From NCBI GenBank assembly GCA_000934665.2, contig JYFJ02001089.1, positions 1 to 64,000 of the forward strand: 64,000 nt of DNA, in the 5' to 3' direction. This document shows positions 21,928-34,300 of the stretch, one piece after another. A program made the position numbers and the translations under genes. The DNA is from Catajapyx aquilonaris (lineage: Eukaryota). The notes below the pieces were generated by a model, which worked only from the letters and a program-made list of their open reading frames with translations, had not been told where the DNA came from and made no database searches. Numbering within the stretch: position 1 is the first letter of the stretch; every line of letters begins with the position of its first letter.

Positions 21928-23882
21928 GTACGGTACATATCTCCTTCTTAATGCCCGTACAAACGCAAGTAGCGCACCCCTGGGTTGCTTCCCAGGGATG
22001 TGTCTAAAATTAGTACTCAGGAACCTAACCTCGATTCCTGGCTGGAGGGCATGTTTATGCAGATCGTTGCACCTCACCCGGTCGGACTGTAGCACACCGG
22101 TTGTATTATGAAGAAAAAAAGAAATGGTTGTTTACATACCGGAGCATGTGGCATGCCATGTGTTATGAGTGACGTAGGCTTTTGCGCAGACTTGACATAG
22201 GCGCTAATGCGGGTGGAATTTTGGCGCATTTTTTGGCACATGCGCGCGTGTACTTAGAGGCACATGTACGTACCCGACATGTAGTACAGCACGTACAGGT
22301 AACGACACGTTTCCTGGTATGCGACCTTGTTAGTCATCATCACCACGCATGTATTGGTTGCATAAGAAGGCTGCTTGATGCAGTATGCATGAGTAGACTC
22401 TGCCCACTTAATTCAGACTGCGAGTGAATATCTGAGCGTGTAGCTTGCACTTGAACTGTACCCTAACATCAGTGTTATTGATCTGCATTGCAGTGTTGTG
22501 TTGACCCACTAACACTGCTTCCTTTCGTGAGTCTGATGAAGACTGAAATCCGCACGTCACTTCAACACTGTGGCAGTCACGTCTGAGTTTTGTGAGTATG
22601 CACATGTCTTTTTTATCACTTTTGAACAAACAATTCACCAGGGTGGTCACATAATTGTTTTAATTGCACAGCGCATGTGAATTGATTTCTATCCAGTTAT
22701 TGACGTGTCTATGTTTACTAACGGGACAAGAATATTTCAATGCCATGGCTTGGTCTTTTTTTGGGTTCCCTCTCCAGAGAGGGGGGAACTATTATTCTTC
22801 GAGTGCAGTGGACGTTAAAATCTTCAAATAATAGTTCTCTTAAAAGTTTGTGGCCATTTTCAAACTCGTGCACCCGGTCAGCCACCAAAAGTCTGCCGCC
22901 CCTTCCATTTTAGGGGACTCTAAATCCTTTTTGTGAATGAGCCACCTGGAAAGAGGGGACAGAACATGGAAGAAAGAGTGAAACTGCTCCCCTTTTACCA
23001 TCCCTGCACCTGGTTTTCATATAAGGCACACTCATAACTACTAACATGTTTGGAAAAATATACAAGGCTGTTTACTCATTTTTTTTACAAACAAAATTTC
23101 ATGAACAGATGTTGTTTTCACAGTAATGCACACGTGAGTAATGTTCTGCTCCAATGGTCTCACTTGAAGGAAAAGGACTTTGACCTTAACGCTTTCTTTA
23201 TTCTCTCACCGATAATTTGGAAGAATATACAGTTAGAGGCTATACTTTATATTAAAACACCGTTTCGTTATTGGGAAGAGGAGGTCGAAGACTTAACTGT
23301 ATCAAGGGAGGGGAAATTTTAATAAAGGGCGCAGAACAATGCCGGTGGGCTGTGCTGAGCCCTGCCTTTCAAGCAGCCGTAAATAACACTCAGAATTTTT
23401 TTCTAATTATAGACGTGACATTTTCAGATTATAACTATAAATATACAGGCGCCTCATTGGTGTGTGTGGAAAATCATATTATAAAAAAGAGACAGGTAAT
23501 GTCTACAGTGGGCGTTGCACTAGTTTTCCATGATTCACGTTTTCCAATTAAGCCAATTACAAAAAAACGGATGGTAAGAGGGCGCTTTTGCAAGTGGCGC
23601 AACACAAAGCACAAATTCCGTTATTTTCCCTCGGGGAACTGCAGGGGAAGACTCGAAAGTGTGCAATGGGGGAAAGTTACGAGTACACACAAAAAGTGGG
23701 CAACACACACAAAAAAAGTTGACTACTTCCGAGATGATGAGCAAGTTGGCAAAGTACGGCCATTATTGACTTTTTTTTTAACAAAAAAAAATTCTGAAAC
23801 TACCTGTGTCACTTTTCATTGTCCGCCGGTATAATATTCGAAATTTCCCACGAGACGTACGCTGTATGTTTTAAGGAAGGTC

Positions 23883-23995
23883 ATGGGGTCAGACTGTGGT
23901 GTGTATACAGCAGCGTCAGAATATGGAACTGGCTGCAGCAGAAGGGAAAGTGCGCACCCGTTTTGGGTCAAGGGGAACCCTTCGAGAGCAGGACG
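23883..23995 (+). CDS. Candidate second alternative upstream exon of the TMEM47-like gene (MGSDCGVY...NPSRAG), or a 5'UTR exon
   Basis: Strong donor CG|GTAAGT at 23995, phase 2 and in frame with 25233; a second strong donor CA|GTAAGT at 24070. Confidence 0.4.
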
Positions 23996-24299
23996 GTAAG
24001 TTGCTGCGGTACAGTTTCGTGTGAATAAGCAGACAGGCATGAAGTGACACGCTGGGACCACCAACACTCAGTAAGTATCTGGAGTACACAATGATAGAAT
24101 TATTTAAAATTATTCCCCGAATACCCTGTAAAGGGTGGCAAGGGGTACTTAAAATTAAAAAAATAAAATAAACAAATTTAAAATTATTGTGTTATTTGGA
24201 CATGCAGTGTGTGTATGAAATGCATAACCATATTATACTACAAAAATTAATGCATTTCGTATACACTCTGCATGTGCGAAACTAATTAATTACTCGAGG

Positions 24300-24870
24300 G
24301 GGAAAGTACGCTGATGAAGACTCGAGATTTATGGTAGGAGGAGTTTTATGTGCTGTAGGTTCGGTGATATCTCAACTTGTGTTGCTCTTGAGATAGGAGT
24401 GGGAAATGGATACGGCTCGATAACGAAGTTGGGTAACTAGTCTTCTAATGGTCCGCCGTTGAAGTTGGATAAACTTAGACACTGGGAAGGTCAGTTTATC
24501 ACTGCCAGACCTCGTATTAAACCGTAGTATTTGCGTATTGCTGGAGATACCGGATTATTTAGTGTCAACCGTGTTTCAGGTAGATATCCGACCAATAACC
24601 GCCATGGTTCTTATCAACTCCTAGGGGTTATAATGACTCACTTTCCAAGACTTTGTGTAGGAATGATAAAGTTTGGGAAGTGGTGCAGCATGGAGCAGAT
24701 GTTATTAGGCGAGTGAAGCTGTAAGGTAAGGGGATCCATGGAAAAGGGGTGGATGTTGCCGAGTTTTACGAGATTAGAGTGCTTTTCAAGAGGCTCTTGA
24801 ACGAGGAATGTTGCATTCAGGGGTCTCGAATAGCCTCCTTCTCTGGCCTAATCCGGTTGCAATAAATCTT
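24300..24870 (-). pseudogene. Possible degenerate non-LTR retrotransposon ORF1 (gag-like) fragment
   Basis: Minus-strand pieces broken by stops and frameshifts (KLGNIHPFSM, FIIPTQSLGK*VII, ILRFNTR, LPNFVI, LRYHRT) occur in the same order as motifs of insect LINE ORF1 proteins. Recognised by eye only. Confidence 0.3.
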
Positions 24871-25232
24871 GCGCAGCATCACCTACCGAGAGGATTTTGC
24901 ACACTTTCGGCGAACACCCTGCAGAGGATTAGGGGGACTGGGTTTTTTAAAATTTTTGTGCCCATTTTTAAAGCAGTTTTTTTTTAACCAAAAGCGGGGA
25001 ATAGAATGGAAAAGTTGCGGGTCCCAAAAAACCTTTGACGGAATCCGCACAAATATTTTACTGAATCGTAAAAGCAAGTATGCATTTTTAATTTGGACGC
25101 TAAGCTGGGCGCTTTATGATGGTGGTTTTAGAAGCCTCGCCTGTCCGCTTTTTTGTGTGAGTTTTTTTTAAAGCGTCGGATTCTCGTGAAAAAAGCTGGA
25201 CCACTAACCTCACTTTTTAATATACCTTTCAG

Positions 25233-25302
25233 GCGGCCTTCGGAAGAAAAGATGGCACCAACGACCACCATCGAAACCATCACCATCACCAGACCATTAA
25301 AG
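25233..25302 (+). CDS. TMEM47: TMEM47-like exon with the canonical start (RPSEEK-MAPTTTIETITITRPLK)
   Basis: Branch-like CTAAC at 25204, tttcag| acceptor, AAG|GTAAGC donor. Confidence 0.9.
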
Positions 25303-28300
25303 GTAAGCCCGTTTAAAGTTACTGCCAAACCGCCAAAGGTGAGCCACGGCTTGAATTTTATGACCCCTGCAAAACTTTGGGAGCCCGAATGAAATTGAGA
25401 CAAAAGCAGCGGTTTGTGGGAGTCCAAATATTGGAAGTCGCCCACTGCAGTTTGTGGAAAAGAGTCTGAGGTGTTATCACGAAGAAGAATTTCCGCTCCT
25501 GTTTCTTCAAGAGAAATTCTTCACGATAACAGTGCTACAAATATTTCTACAATTGTAACATATTATTATGCAATGAATACATTCAAGCTTTTCTTCTTGA
25601 TGTGAAGAATGTGTGACATGCTCACATTTTGTGACTATCTGGTTATGTTCTACCTGCATAACCAGGCCCAGCACCTGGGGCGTGATTTGCCTGCATTGCA
25701 CAGGGCAGCAATTTAAGCCTCATCCTGTGCCAACTCCTAGAGGTCCCCTTTTCACACACCACCCCTCTTTGGACCCCCTTCACCTCCATAAAGCTGTTTT
25801 ATATCCCGGAATGGCGCGAGTTAAAGGGTCATTTCGCTAATGAGTCCGCCTGCCTACAAAACTGAGGGAGGGAAAACGCACAAGTTGAATGTGTCCCGGA
25901 TAGTTTCCGGAGGTTTGCTGAAATCCTGTGGAATAGAGACGGGTGTGGTGCGAACACCCAAGGTAAACAGGAAGCTGCGGGGAGAGTATGTGTGAATGTA
26001 GACTCTTCCGGGCATTCACTTGATGGATAGGTTGCGTCAAGGTGACAACTCTGCGACCCAAAAGATACGCACAATTCGTGGCTTAACAAAAGCTGTTAAT
26101 TAGTAGCACATGTGAGCGGAACAATGAGCTAGATAAAAAGGCCAAATCGTGTCGCATTTACGACATGGGTTCTATCAGTTGACCCGAGCAGAAGAATGGG
26201 GACGATGCCCGTAAGTGTACCGGACATGCACGGTGCTTGATTAGCCATAACTTAAATTGAATGGAGAGCAAGTGCCAAATGGTCCTTTGGTGAATTGATT
26301 CACTTGTGCTTTGAATGGAATAGATCATGGCATAGAGTTGGGGATGTCGAAATAGTCGAGGACGTGACTGACTGCCAGCAACTCCGGGATGGATATGGTG
26401 GCCAAGGGGGTCAAGGTGTCGCCAACCATCATGATTTTCTGATGTGCTCAGCCTTCGTCATCTTTCCGTGGGCGTCTCAGAAGGACGTGTCATACAGTGT
26501 GACTCAGGGATTCGCCGGAAGGCAGTTTCTACACCCAGTTTTTGTTGTAAAGGCGAAAATTTTGTCACGCCAACATGAGGGCTACCAAATTACATGGTTC
26601 TCTGATTCAGTTGAAAACATATTTTCACCTTTTTGATCACACTTGCTCCTTATATATTTAAAAAAAATTAATTTAACCACTAGCTGAATATGCTATCAGC
26701 AGTGTTGCCCAAGTCAGCTTCCTGCACTGTCAGATGTTAAACAAATATTCAAGTAGCTCCTCAATGTTGATGCTAATGAATAGTTATCAGCTGATTATTA
26801 CGCATCATTGTGCAACTTAGCCACCTTCAGCTGACTCACCCTTCATTTTGCATATCTCCCTTAGGCGATAAATGCACCAAGGCTAGTTTTGAACCCTTTC
26901 AACTGTATGAGCACTTTAGTTGGCCCTCGATTATCAGCTGTAGCTGTACTGCCTGATAATCGAGTTCCCAACAGCTACCTGAACGTGACTGCGGTTTTTG
27001 CTGGGATTAAGAACCGCGATGCGTGGGGCTGTGCATCTGCACGAGTGCGGCCATATACTGTGTGTACACGGCTAACAGGCCGAATGAACATAATTCTTCT
27101 CGCATGATAGAGTGGTAGGGGGTATGGCAGAGTAAGTGCGGAGAGAATTGTCGCGCTGTTGTCGGAGTCACGTGGCAGAAGAAAAATCGTTGCAGCATTT
27201 CGTGCAGAAAAATGGAAATGTGGCTCAAGTGCCAGAATGAGCTTATTTCCGGTCGTGTGGACGGATTATACAGCGAGAGGTAGAAAATGTTTTATGAACG
27301 GGTGCTGCTGCTGGTCCCCCCCTTTTTTTTGGTGATGAATTGCCAAAAAAGGCTTTTCGGGTTTCGTTATGCGTGAATGTGAAATATTTGCGCGGCGGCA
27401 AGAGGAATCCATCTTCATTACAATGTGAACAGTGGACGCAGAGGGACCTTTCGATTCCAGGAAAATTTTCAGCGTTTTCTGGACTCGTGAAAAATGGCAG
27501 CTCAGGTGTGGTGGATTTCAATAAATCACTGGACAGTTTTGCAGATCGTAATCATAGCTGTTAATTATTAACGGACCAAACTGGCATGTTCATTTCGGTA
27601 CCTCTGGTGTAGTAATAACATGCCAGGGCCTTATTATCGATCAGAAGGTGTTGGACATTCCAGCGTTTTCTATTAGATGTAATGATTTTCAGAGTTAGCA
27701 CATGCGAGAGGACCGGTAATGTAATTTAGGCAAGCTCTGCGATGCTATAACCCAGCACTTTGGGTTCCTACGCTCGAGTATTGGAGGATTCATTTACGAA
27801 ATGGGGATTTATACTCCCTTCGGAGGCATAATTATGCCGCAATGCGGCCAGATAGACTCATAATGTAACTATTTAATTAGCAATACTGTACACTACATAG
27901 GTCATGTCTGGAAATCTTCAGTTAAATTTGGTTGGACTTGGGCACTTGGGCAGTGAGTTGTCCTCTACACTTAAGGACATTTTGATAGGCTCGTAGGCCA
28001 GAGATTTTGAATGCTCAGCTGCAGAAAGTGAGATAACCCTGCATATGTCAGAGCAATAACCTCTCTACAAATCTCGAGGAAATCTTGTCTGACAACTGTC
28101 TCTCCTGCGCCAGTCTGGAATTCTATGCCTCGAGTGCCTGCAGATAAATTATGCACTCCATTGAAGTGCATATTAATTTTCCGCCTTTCTTCTATATCCT
28201 TCCTAAGAGCTGCACTGTACTCTGAAAGTAATGAGATTATTTTTCAGAGCTTTCCGGCCCGTTTGTTTGAGCTAGGTCAAGAGGCCGACTCTTTTTCTCA

Positions 28301-31300
28301 TGATACCTGCCAATCTGAACAGAATGTTCTCCCAAAAAATTCTCTTAGCGCTGAGAGAATCTTTTCAGTGGGAGAAACCTTGTTCTGTGTTCAGGTAGTT
28401 ATATAGGAGGCAAGAGGCTGGATGAAGTATGCGGGTAGTTGGCCTGGCAGGTCACGGGGTGGTGACACGACCCTCTTTTTTGGTCGAACTGCTCATTACG
28501 GATAGGTCTGGCCAGTCGCCAGCCACATGAATCTTTCATGAGGGTTGAGGGGGCCAGGCTTGCTCCATTTTCCCTAATGGAGAAGAAAAAGGGAAGGAGA
28601 ACAAGAAGTTCAAGGGGTCACTCTCCAGTAAGGAAAATATAAAAAAGGAGTCAGTATGTGTCTTTGCGCCAGCAGGTATGAAAGCCTATAGAGAACTTCC
28701 ATCAGATGATTGGATCCTTTGAAGGGAAGCAAATGGACAAAAGGATCTGCCAAGAGTTTGCTAGGTGATCAATGGTCTTTTCCTTCTGGCCTGTACACAC
28801 ACTCTTCGGGACTGTTTGTAGACGAAATGTCAGCTCCTTCAGCGATCGACTGTTGCCAAGACATAGCGTGTGTTGAAGCCCAATGTTTGTCACATGCTGC
28901 TAAGGTGTAAGGGCCAGGTCGCATCATCTTTTGGGCTAATGCAAGGGTGGGCCACGTCGTTAGGAACTCGTTTCTGCACGCCCTGCCGTCTCCCTAAAAC
29001 CATCTTTATTGACTTTTCGCCTTCCGGCTTCCAAATGAGCCCCCCCCCCCCCCTCCCACCTACCATCTTCGCCCAACTTGCCAAAAAAAACCCTCTTATG
29101 CATGAGAAGTCAGGTGAATTATTGCCCACTTTGGAATGACGTGATTTTTTTCGATACTCAAAAAATTGGTCTGTTTTGTAGGAATCAACAGTAAACATAG
29201 CATGCGGCATTGCGCCTGATTTCCTCGTTCCGTGATTGGCTCTCGTTAAGGAAAGAAACCGCGGTGTTTTTTTCGAGGGAGGGTGGGGGGGGGGGCTATT
29301 TTAGATTGACCCGTTTTTTTCCCGTCCATTTCCGGGAGGCCCTTTTTTCGCAACCGACATCCACCTTGTCTCCAGAGGAGCCTGCTAGGAATGCGAAGGA
29401 GACACGGTGTGGAATGTCAAGATGGGGAGGGGTTTTGGGTTGATCGATTAATCGCTATCGATTTCCGATACGTTTTTCACGGCACACGTGCCTCGACGCG
29501 TTGATTACGCTGGAATACCGGGGAACAAGTCTATCGGATTAACTCCAGGTTAGAGATACCCTCCCTGAAGGCTTGCTCTTGCCTGAGAAACATTTTGAGC
29601 AGGGAAGTACATCAGTATGCCACTATCAGAGAGTTAAGGCTAGTAAAGCTCGAGCCCATATTTTTTGGGAGGGTTGTTAATGCTGGAGGGGGTATCACGC
29701 ACTAGGGTGGGGTAAAGGCACGCACTGGACACATCAGCTGAATCAGGTCTGCGTGTGGGTTATGGAAGTTTTATGAGCGGGGCACAAGGGCTCAAATTGG
29801 TCTATGGACAGTAGGCAGCTCGATAAGCCCATTCATGAAAATGCACTGTACAACAGGGATAGAGCAAACGTGGGGGTGACGTCCAATGAAGTGCTGGAGC
29901 AGAGGGTTTGGCTAATAAAGGGAAATGTACCTGAGGGGGGATCTTGAAATAGGGGTTTGTACTTTGGAGGCTGAATGCACATTGTGGGTTGCAGCGTCCC
30001 TCCGTTTTTAGTACGCTGCTCGGCATATTCAGTATGTATGGAAAATTGGGTGGCAGTGGTCGTTGTCACTGCTGGGCCAACCAGGTCCTATGCAAATAAC
30101 AGCTTTTACTTTCTGCTAGTGAATTCGTTGCCAGAATTTGGAAAAAAAACCCTATATAATCAGTATGCCAGTGACAATCAAACAACAGCTGGCCCGCAGA
30201 TTTACCACGCAGTGCTATTTTTCACGCATAGATGGCGCATACTGCCTGTAAAGACTTCTCCCACCCTCAGGTCGTGCGAGAGATAGAGATACTGTCAGGT
30301 CGGACAAACATCCGACGGAGAGAATATGCCTATTAGGAAAAAGATACAGTACCTTGCGCGATTACCTATAATTGAGGGGGATCAGAAGCAAGGTGTTCCA
30401 GGAATAAATTACGTGACTGTTACGTATTTCAGTCTGAGCATAGTACAGGGTGGGCGAAAAGTCCCATGACACCTGGCTTTTTTTTGCCTGCAAAACAAAT
30501 CCGTGCATGGAAAATGTGTCGGAAATGCTGGTGTAACATCTTCTGGACACTGACGGAACTGTTTGATGAGGGGAGACATCTGAGGACCCCCAACAACACC
30601 CATAAAAGGCATTTAGCAAGGGAAGTGTCTTTCACGCTTCCCCGTCTTTCACATTTCCCATGCTGAATGTTTTTTTCTCCCTCTTGTTCAAGTTACATCT
30701 TCTCGGTGGCACCTTACCAAAAGGAGCCCTGATATCCTGCATTATGTGCGTTATGTTCTTTCCCGTGTGAGGCCTCCCGTGGACCCACACAGTAGCCACA
30801 AGTCTCTCCTCCACAGTGAACCCGCTCGTATCCGCCATCTTGCACTGTTAACATTGTTAATTTATTGTGGGTGTTGTTGGGGGTCCCCAGATGTCTCCCC
30901 TCATCAAACAGTTCCGTCAGTGTCCAGACTATGTCACACCAGCATTCCCGACACATTTTCCATGCACAGATTTGTTTTGCAGGCAAAAAAAGCCAGGTGT
31001 CCTGGGACTTTTCGCCCACCCTGTACTGACGTGTAATTGTTAGTTACATTGTCGACTGTTTTGATATCAGTGCAATTATTCACGGCTACATGAATTACAG
31101 TAAAACTTCTACAAGTCGAATCTCCATGGGACCGGGGGGGGGAAAACTTCGAGTTATGAGTAGAAGATTTGAGTTAGAGAAGTTTTGATTTTTTTAAAGC
31201 ACATAACTCTATAAGGAAGCCTACCTTTATATCCAGCGACGAAAGGTGTTCAAAACTTTAAAAATAACTATCACTATCACACTTACAATGTTCCTCGTTG

Positions 31301-34300
31301 TTTTGTTGTAAAATAATCTCCGTCTTATGGACATTTTCCTACTCTTAGATTCAAGGATTCTACGATTCTCATATTGTCACAATCGAGTCAAACACTTCTT
31401 TCGGTATACAGTACGTCTGGTAGACGGAGATAAGGAAATTGAGCCTTTCTGTACACGTGGCCTACGCTCGACCCTTCGTCTGGGAAATGAGAAAATTTTA
31501 CGTACTCGCCAACATGAACTTCGACTTAGGGAGACTGAAAATGCGTTGATATCCTATCGTAAGGCCCTGCCTGAACTTCGAGTCATGGAGAACTTCAAGT
31601 TATAGAAATTCGAGTTACGGAAGTTTATATCCTATTCTTTTACATTGTGACCAACCAAGCTCATCATTTTCTTCGACTTGTAGAGAACTTTGACTTAGGG
31701 AAGTTCAACTTATAGATGTTTTACTGTAAATGGAAAGTGGAAAATTAATGGTGAATCGCTATATTGTGTGATTAATTTTAGTTTAAAATGCTCCAACTGT
31801 ATAATAAAGTACACACTCTCTTTCCCGCAGTTATGACCGCACATACTCTGTAATCCAAATGGGATTGCTGACGTTAATTTATAATTTTAATGAAATATGC
31901 GTTGCTGCCCAAGCAATTTGCCGAATATTTGAAATTCCATCCATAATAAAGGGCCACCAACATTGCATATTTTACTAAAATTTTAAATCAACATTTTGGC
32001 CTCAGCGGGTACAAAGTGCGGTCTCCCTTTACACAATAAATAAAGACCAAAAAGGATAATGTGATTTTACTCCCTTTTTAGTTAACATAACTAGAATAAT
32101 CAACACGAGTTTCACATATGCAGATGCGATTATGAAAAACTGTATTACTAACACAGCTTTTAGTACAATGCTTCCATTCACACTACATTATGCAGTGTAT
32201 GCCTACTTGTACAGTCAAAAGCCGGAATATAGATTTATGAGCAGAGTATTATTTATCTGAGCATATATATTAAAGAGCAAATATATCACGTTAAATTATT
32301 TTTCGTGACAATATACCTGTAATGAACATTAGATTTTTCTACTTTGAGGCTAACGCTGCAAAAGAACGAAGCTCGAGTTGAACCCCATGAGATTAAAGGA
32401 CAGAATTTTCTCACCGTCCTCCAATGACCCTCCTCATTTTGAGCCATTGCGCAGCAAAAGCTCTCAAGAAAATAAACGAACCATACATGCCGACAGTATT
32501 CCAAATGACGGCCCCTTACGCCTCTCAGTGGCACATTAGAGCACCACACCTGCGTTTCTCACACACCACTTTATCACGTTTCTGCCAGGCAATTTTTGGC
32601 ACTCCAAGATCCCTAGCAGTTGGCATGTGTCCCCCTGCGAAAAGCCGTCAAGATCAGGAAGTGTGCTAATGACTCGGAAAACCAAATCGTGGCTACCATT
32701 ACTCGACATGCAAGATTCGGGTCATTGCATTCCCATCAAGGACTAATTTTTGTACAAATTCCAGGTACGCTGGAAAATGTGCAGGCGCACGTCCTTGACC
32801 CTTTTGCAGAGATGAACGGATGAATTTTCACCCGGAGACGTTCAATACTCCGGGTCCAGCGTAGCACGCAGCCATGATATTGCGTCATTACGCAGGTACT
32901 CCCAACAGTGGAGGACGCGTATTTTTTTATTCGATACCGGGGGGGGACCCTGTGATGAATGGTGGGTGGGAATGCAAAATGGGGAGAAAATGAGGTTTGA
33001 AACATTTCTGCATTGCTGCCATATATCAGTCTCGACAATATTGCCAAAACAAGGGGGCTTGAGGCTTACAGTATCCAAGAGGAAACCTTCTGCTCTTTTC
33101 ATCGACCTCTGGTTTCACATGTAAATTCTTCTTTTCTTGAAGTTCCTCCCCTTCCTCCAGCTTCCTCAGACCCCAAATTGTCTTGGGGAAAGGTGATGGG
33201 AAAGAAGCCAATACTAGGAGGGGGGAAAAAAGAAAGAGAGCGTGTGCTTGTTAAGGGTAAGGAGGGGTCCATTTTGCCCTAGGTCTGATTGGCTGTTTGT
33301 CACTGAAGGAACGAAAAAAAAGGGCCGCCAACTTGCTTCTTGTCGGCAGGAAACATAATAAACACCTCTAGAGATTTCATTGATCCTCATCCACCCCTCC
33401 AACAGCATTTTTATAACAACACGCCTCATTTCCCTCCCACGAGATATTTCCAGGTCTCTCGGGGGTAATTGAATTAGCCTTCTATTGTTGCTATCCCCCG
33501 CTTTCAGTGACCGGTATATCGATCTGGTCACATTTTATGCACCAGGTTCATGTTCACAAAATTAGGGTTTGAATTTGGGCCGATACATTTTTAATAGCTC
33601 GATTTTGCAATGAGGCCATTGACCACTATTGTCAGAAAAAAAAGGTCCGGCTCTGTCCAACCTACAGTATTTTAGTGGGGGGGATCGCCAATTGTGGTGA
33701 CATCTGGGTAGGCATCCATTAACTACCTGCAGACCGGGCGTAACCAAGCGAGAAAATATCTTAAATGGCGCCAATTTTGCATTATTTGTTAGATGGTGCA
33801 TAATTCACGAGAGATCGGTAAGCGTGGCCTCGGTGCGGAGAAATGCTTGTCAGAATGACACATAATGTTCTTTCCGAGGGGTAATTAAACGTGACAAATG
33901 GGGTCCTGATGGGGTTTCATTACCCTAACCTCCAAACCCGATTCTAACTGACGGATCGGCCGCTCCTTTACGCCTCATTTTTAAGGAACCGGAGCCTAAT
34001 TAGATAGCTGTCAAGTATAGGGTCCTCCCCAAAGGCATTCCAGAAGCAAACCACTATATAGTCCATTGCATGTGGCCGCAACTTTTGCCAACTTTTGCCT
34101 CTCAACACTAGGGGATTATTCGCGAAAAAGAAAAAAAACTGTGGGCGTGTATCATAGGAAGTGGGAAAGGTTGCCTAAATGCTCATTGATTATTCAATAC
34201 AGCCACGGTTGTTAATTAAGTATGGTAATGGGCGGAGCCATTCTGAAGGGAATCCGGTTGATAGGTGTGTAAAAGGCTCGTATTAAACGCCGTAAAATAG

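Noticed and set aside
28380..28685. Other AG|GT juxtapositions (ttcag|gtagtt at about 28394, cagcag|gtatga at about 28675) as ratchet points
   Set aside because: Weak donor or weak pyrimidine tract with nearby upstream AGs
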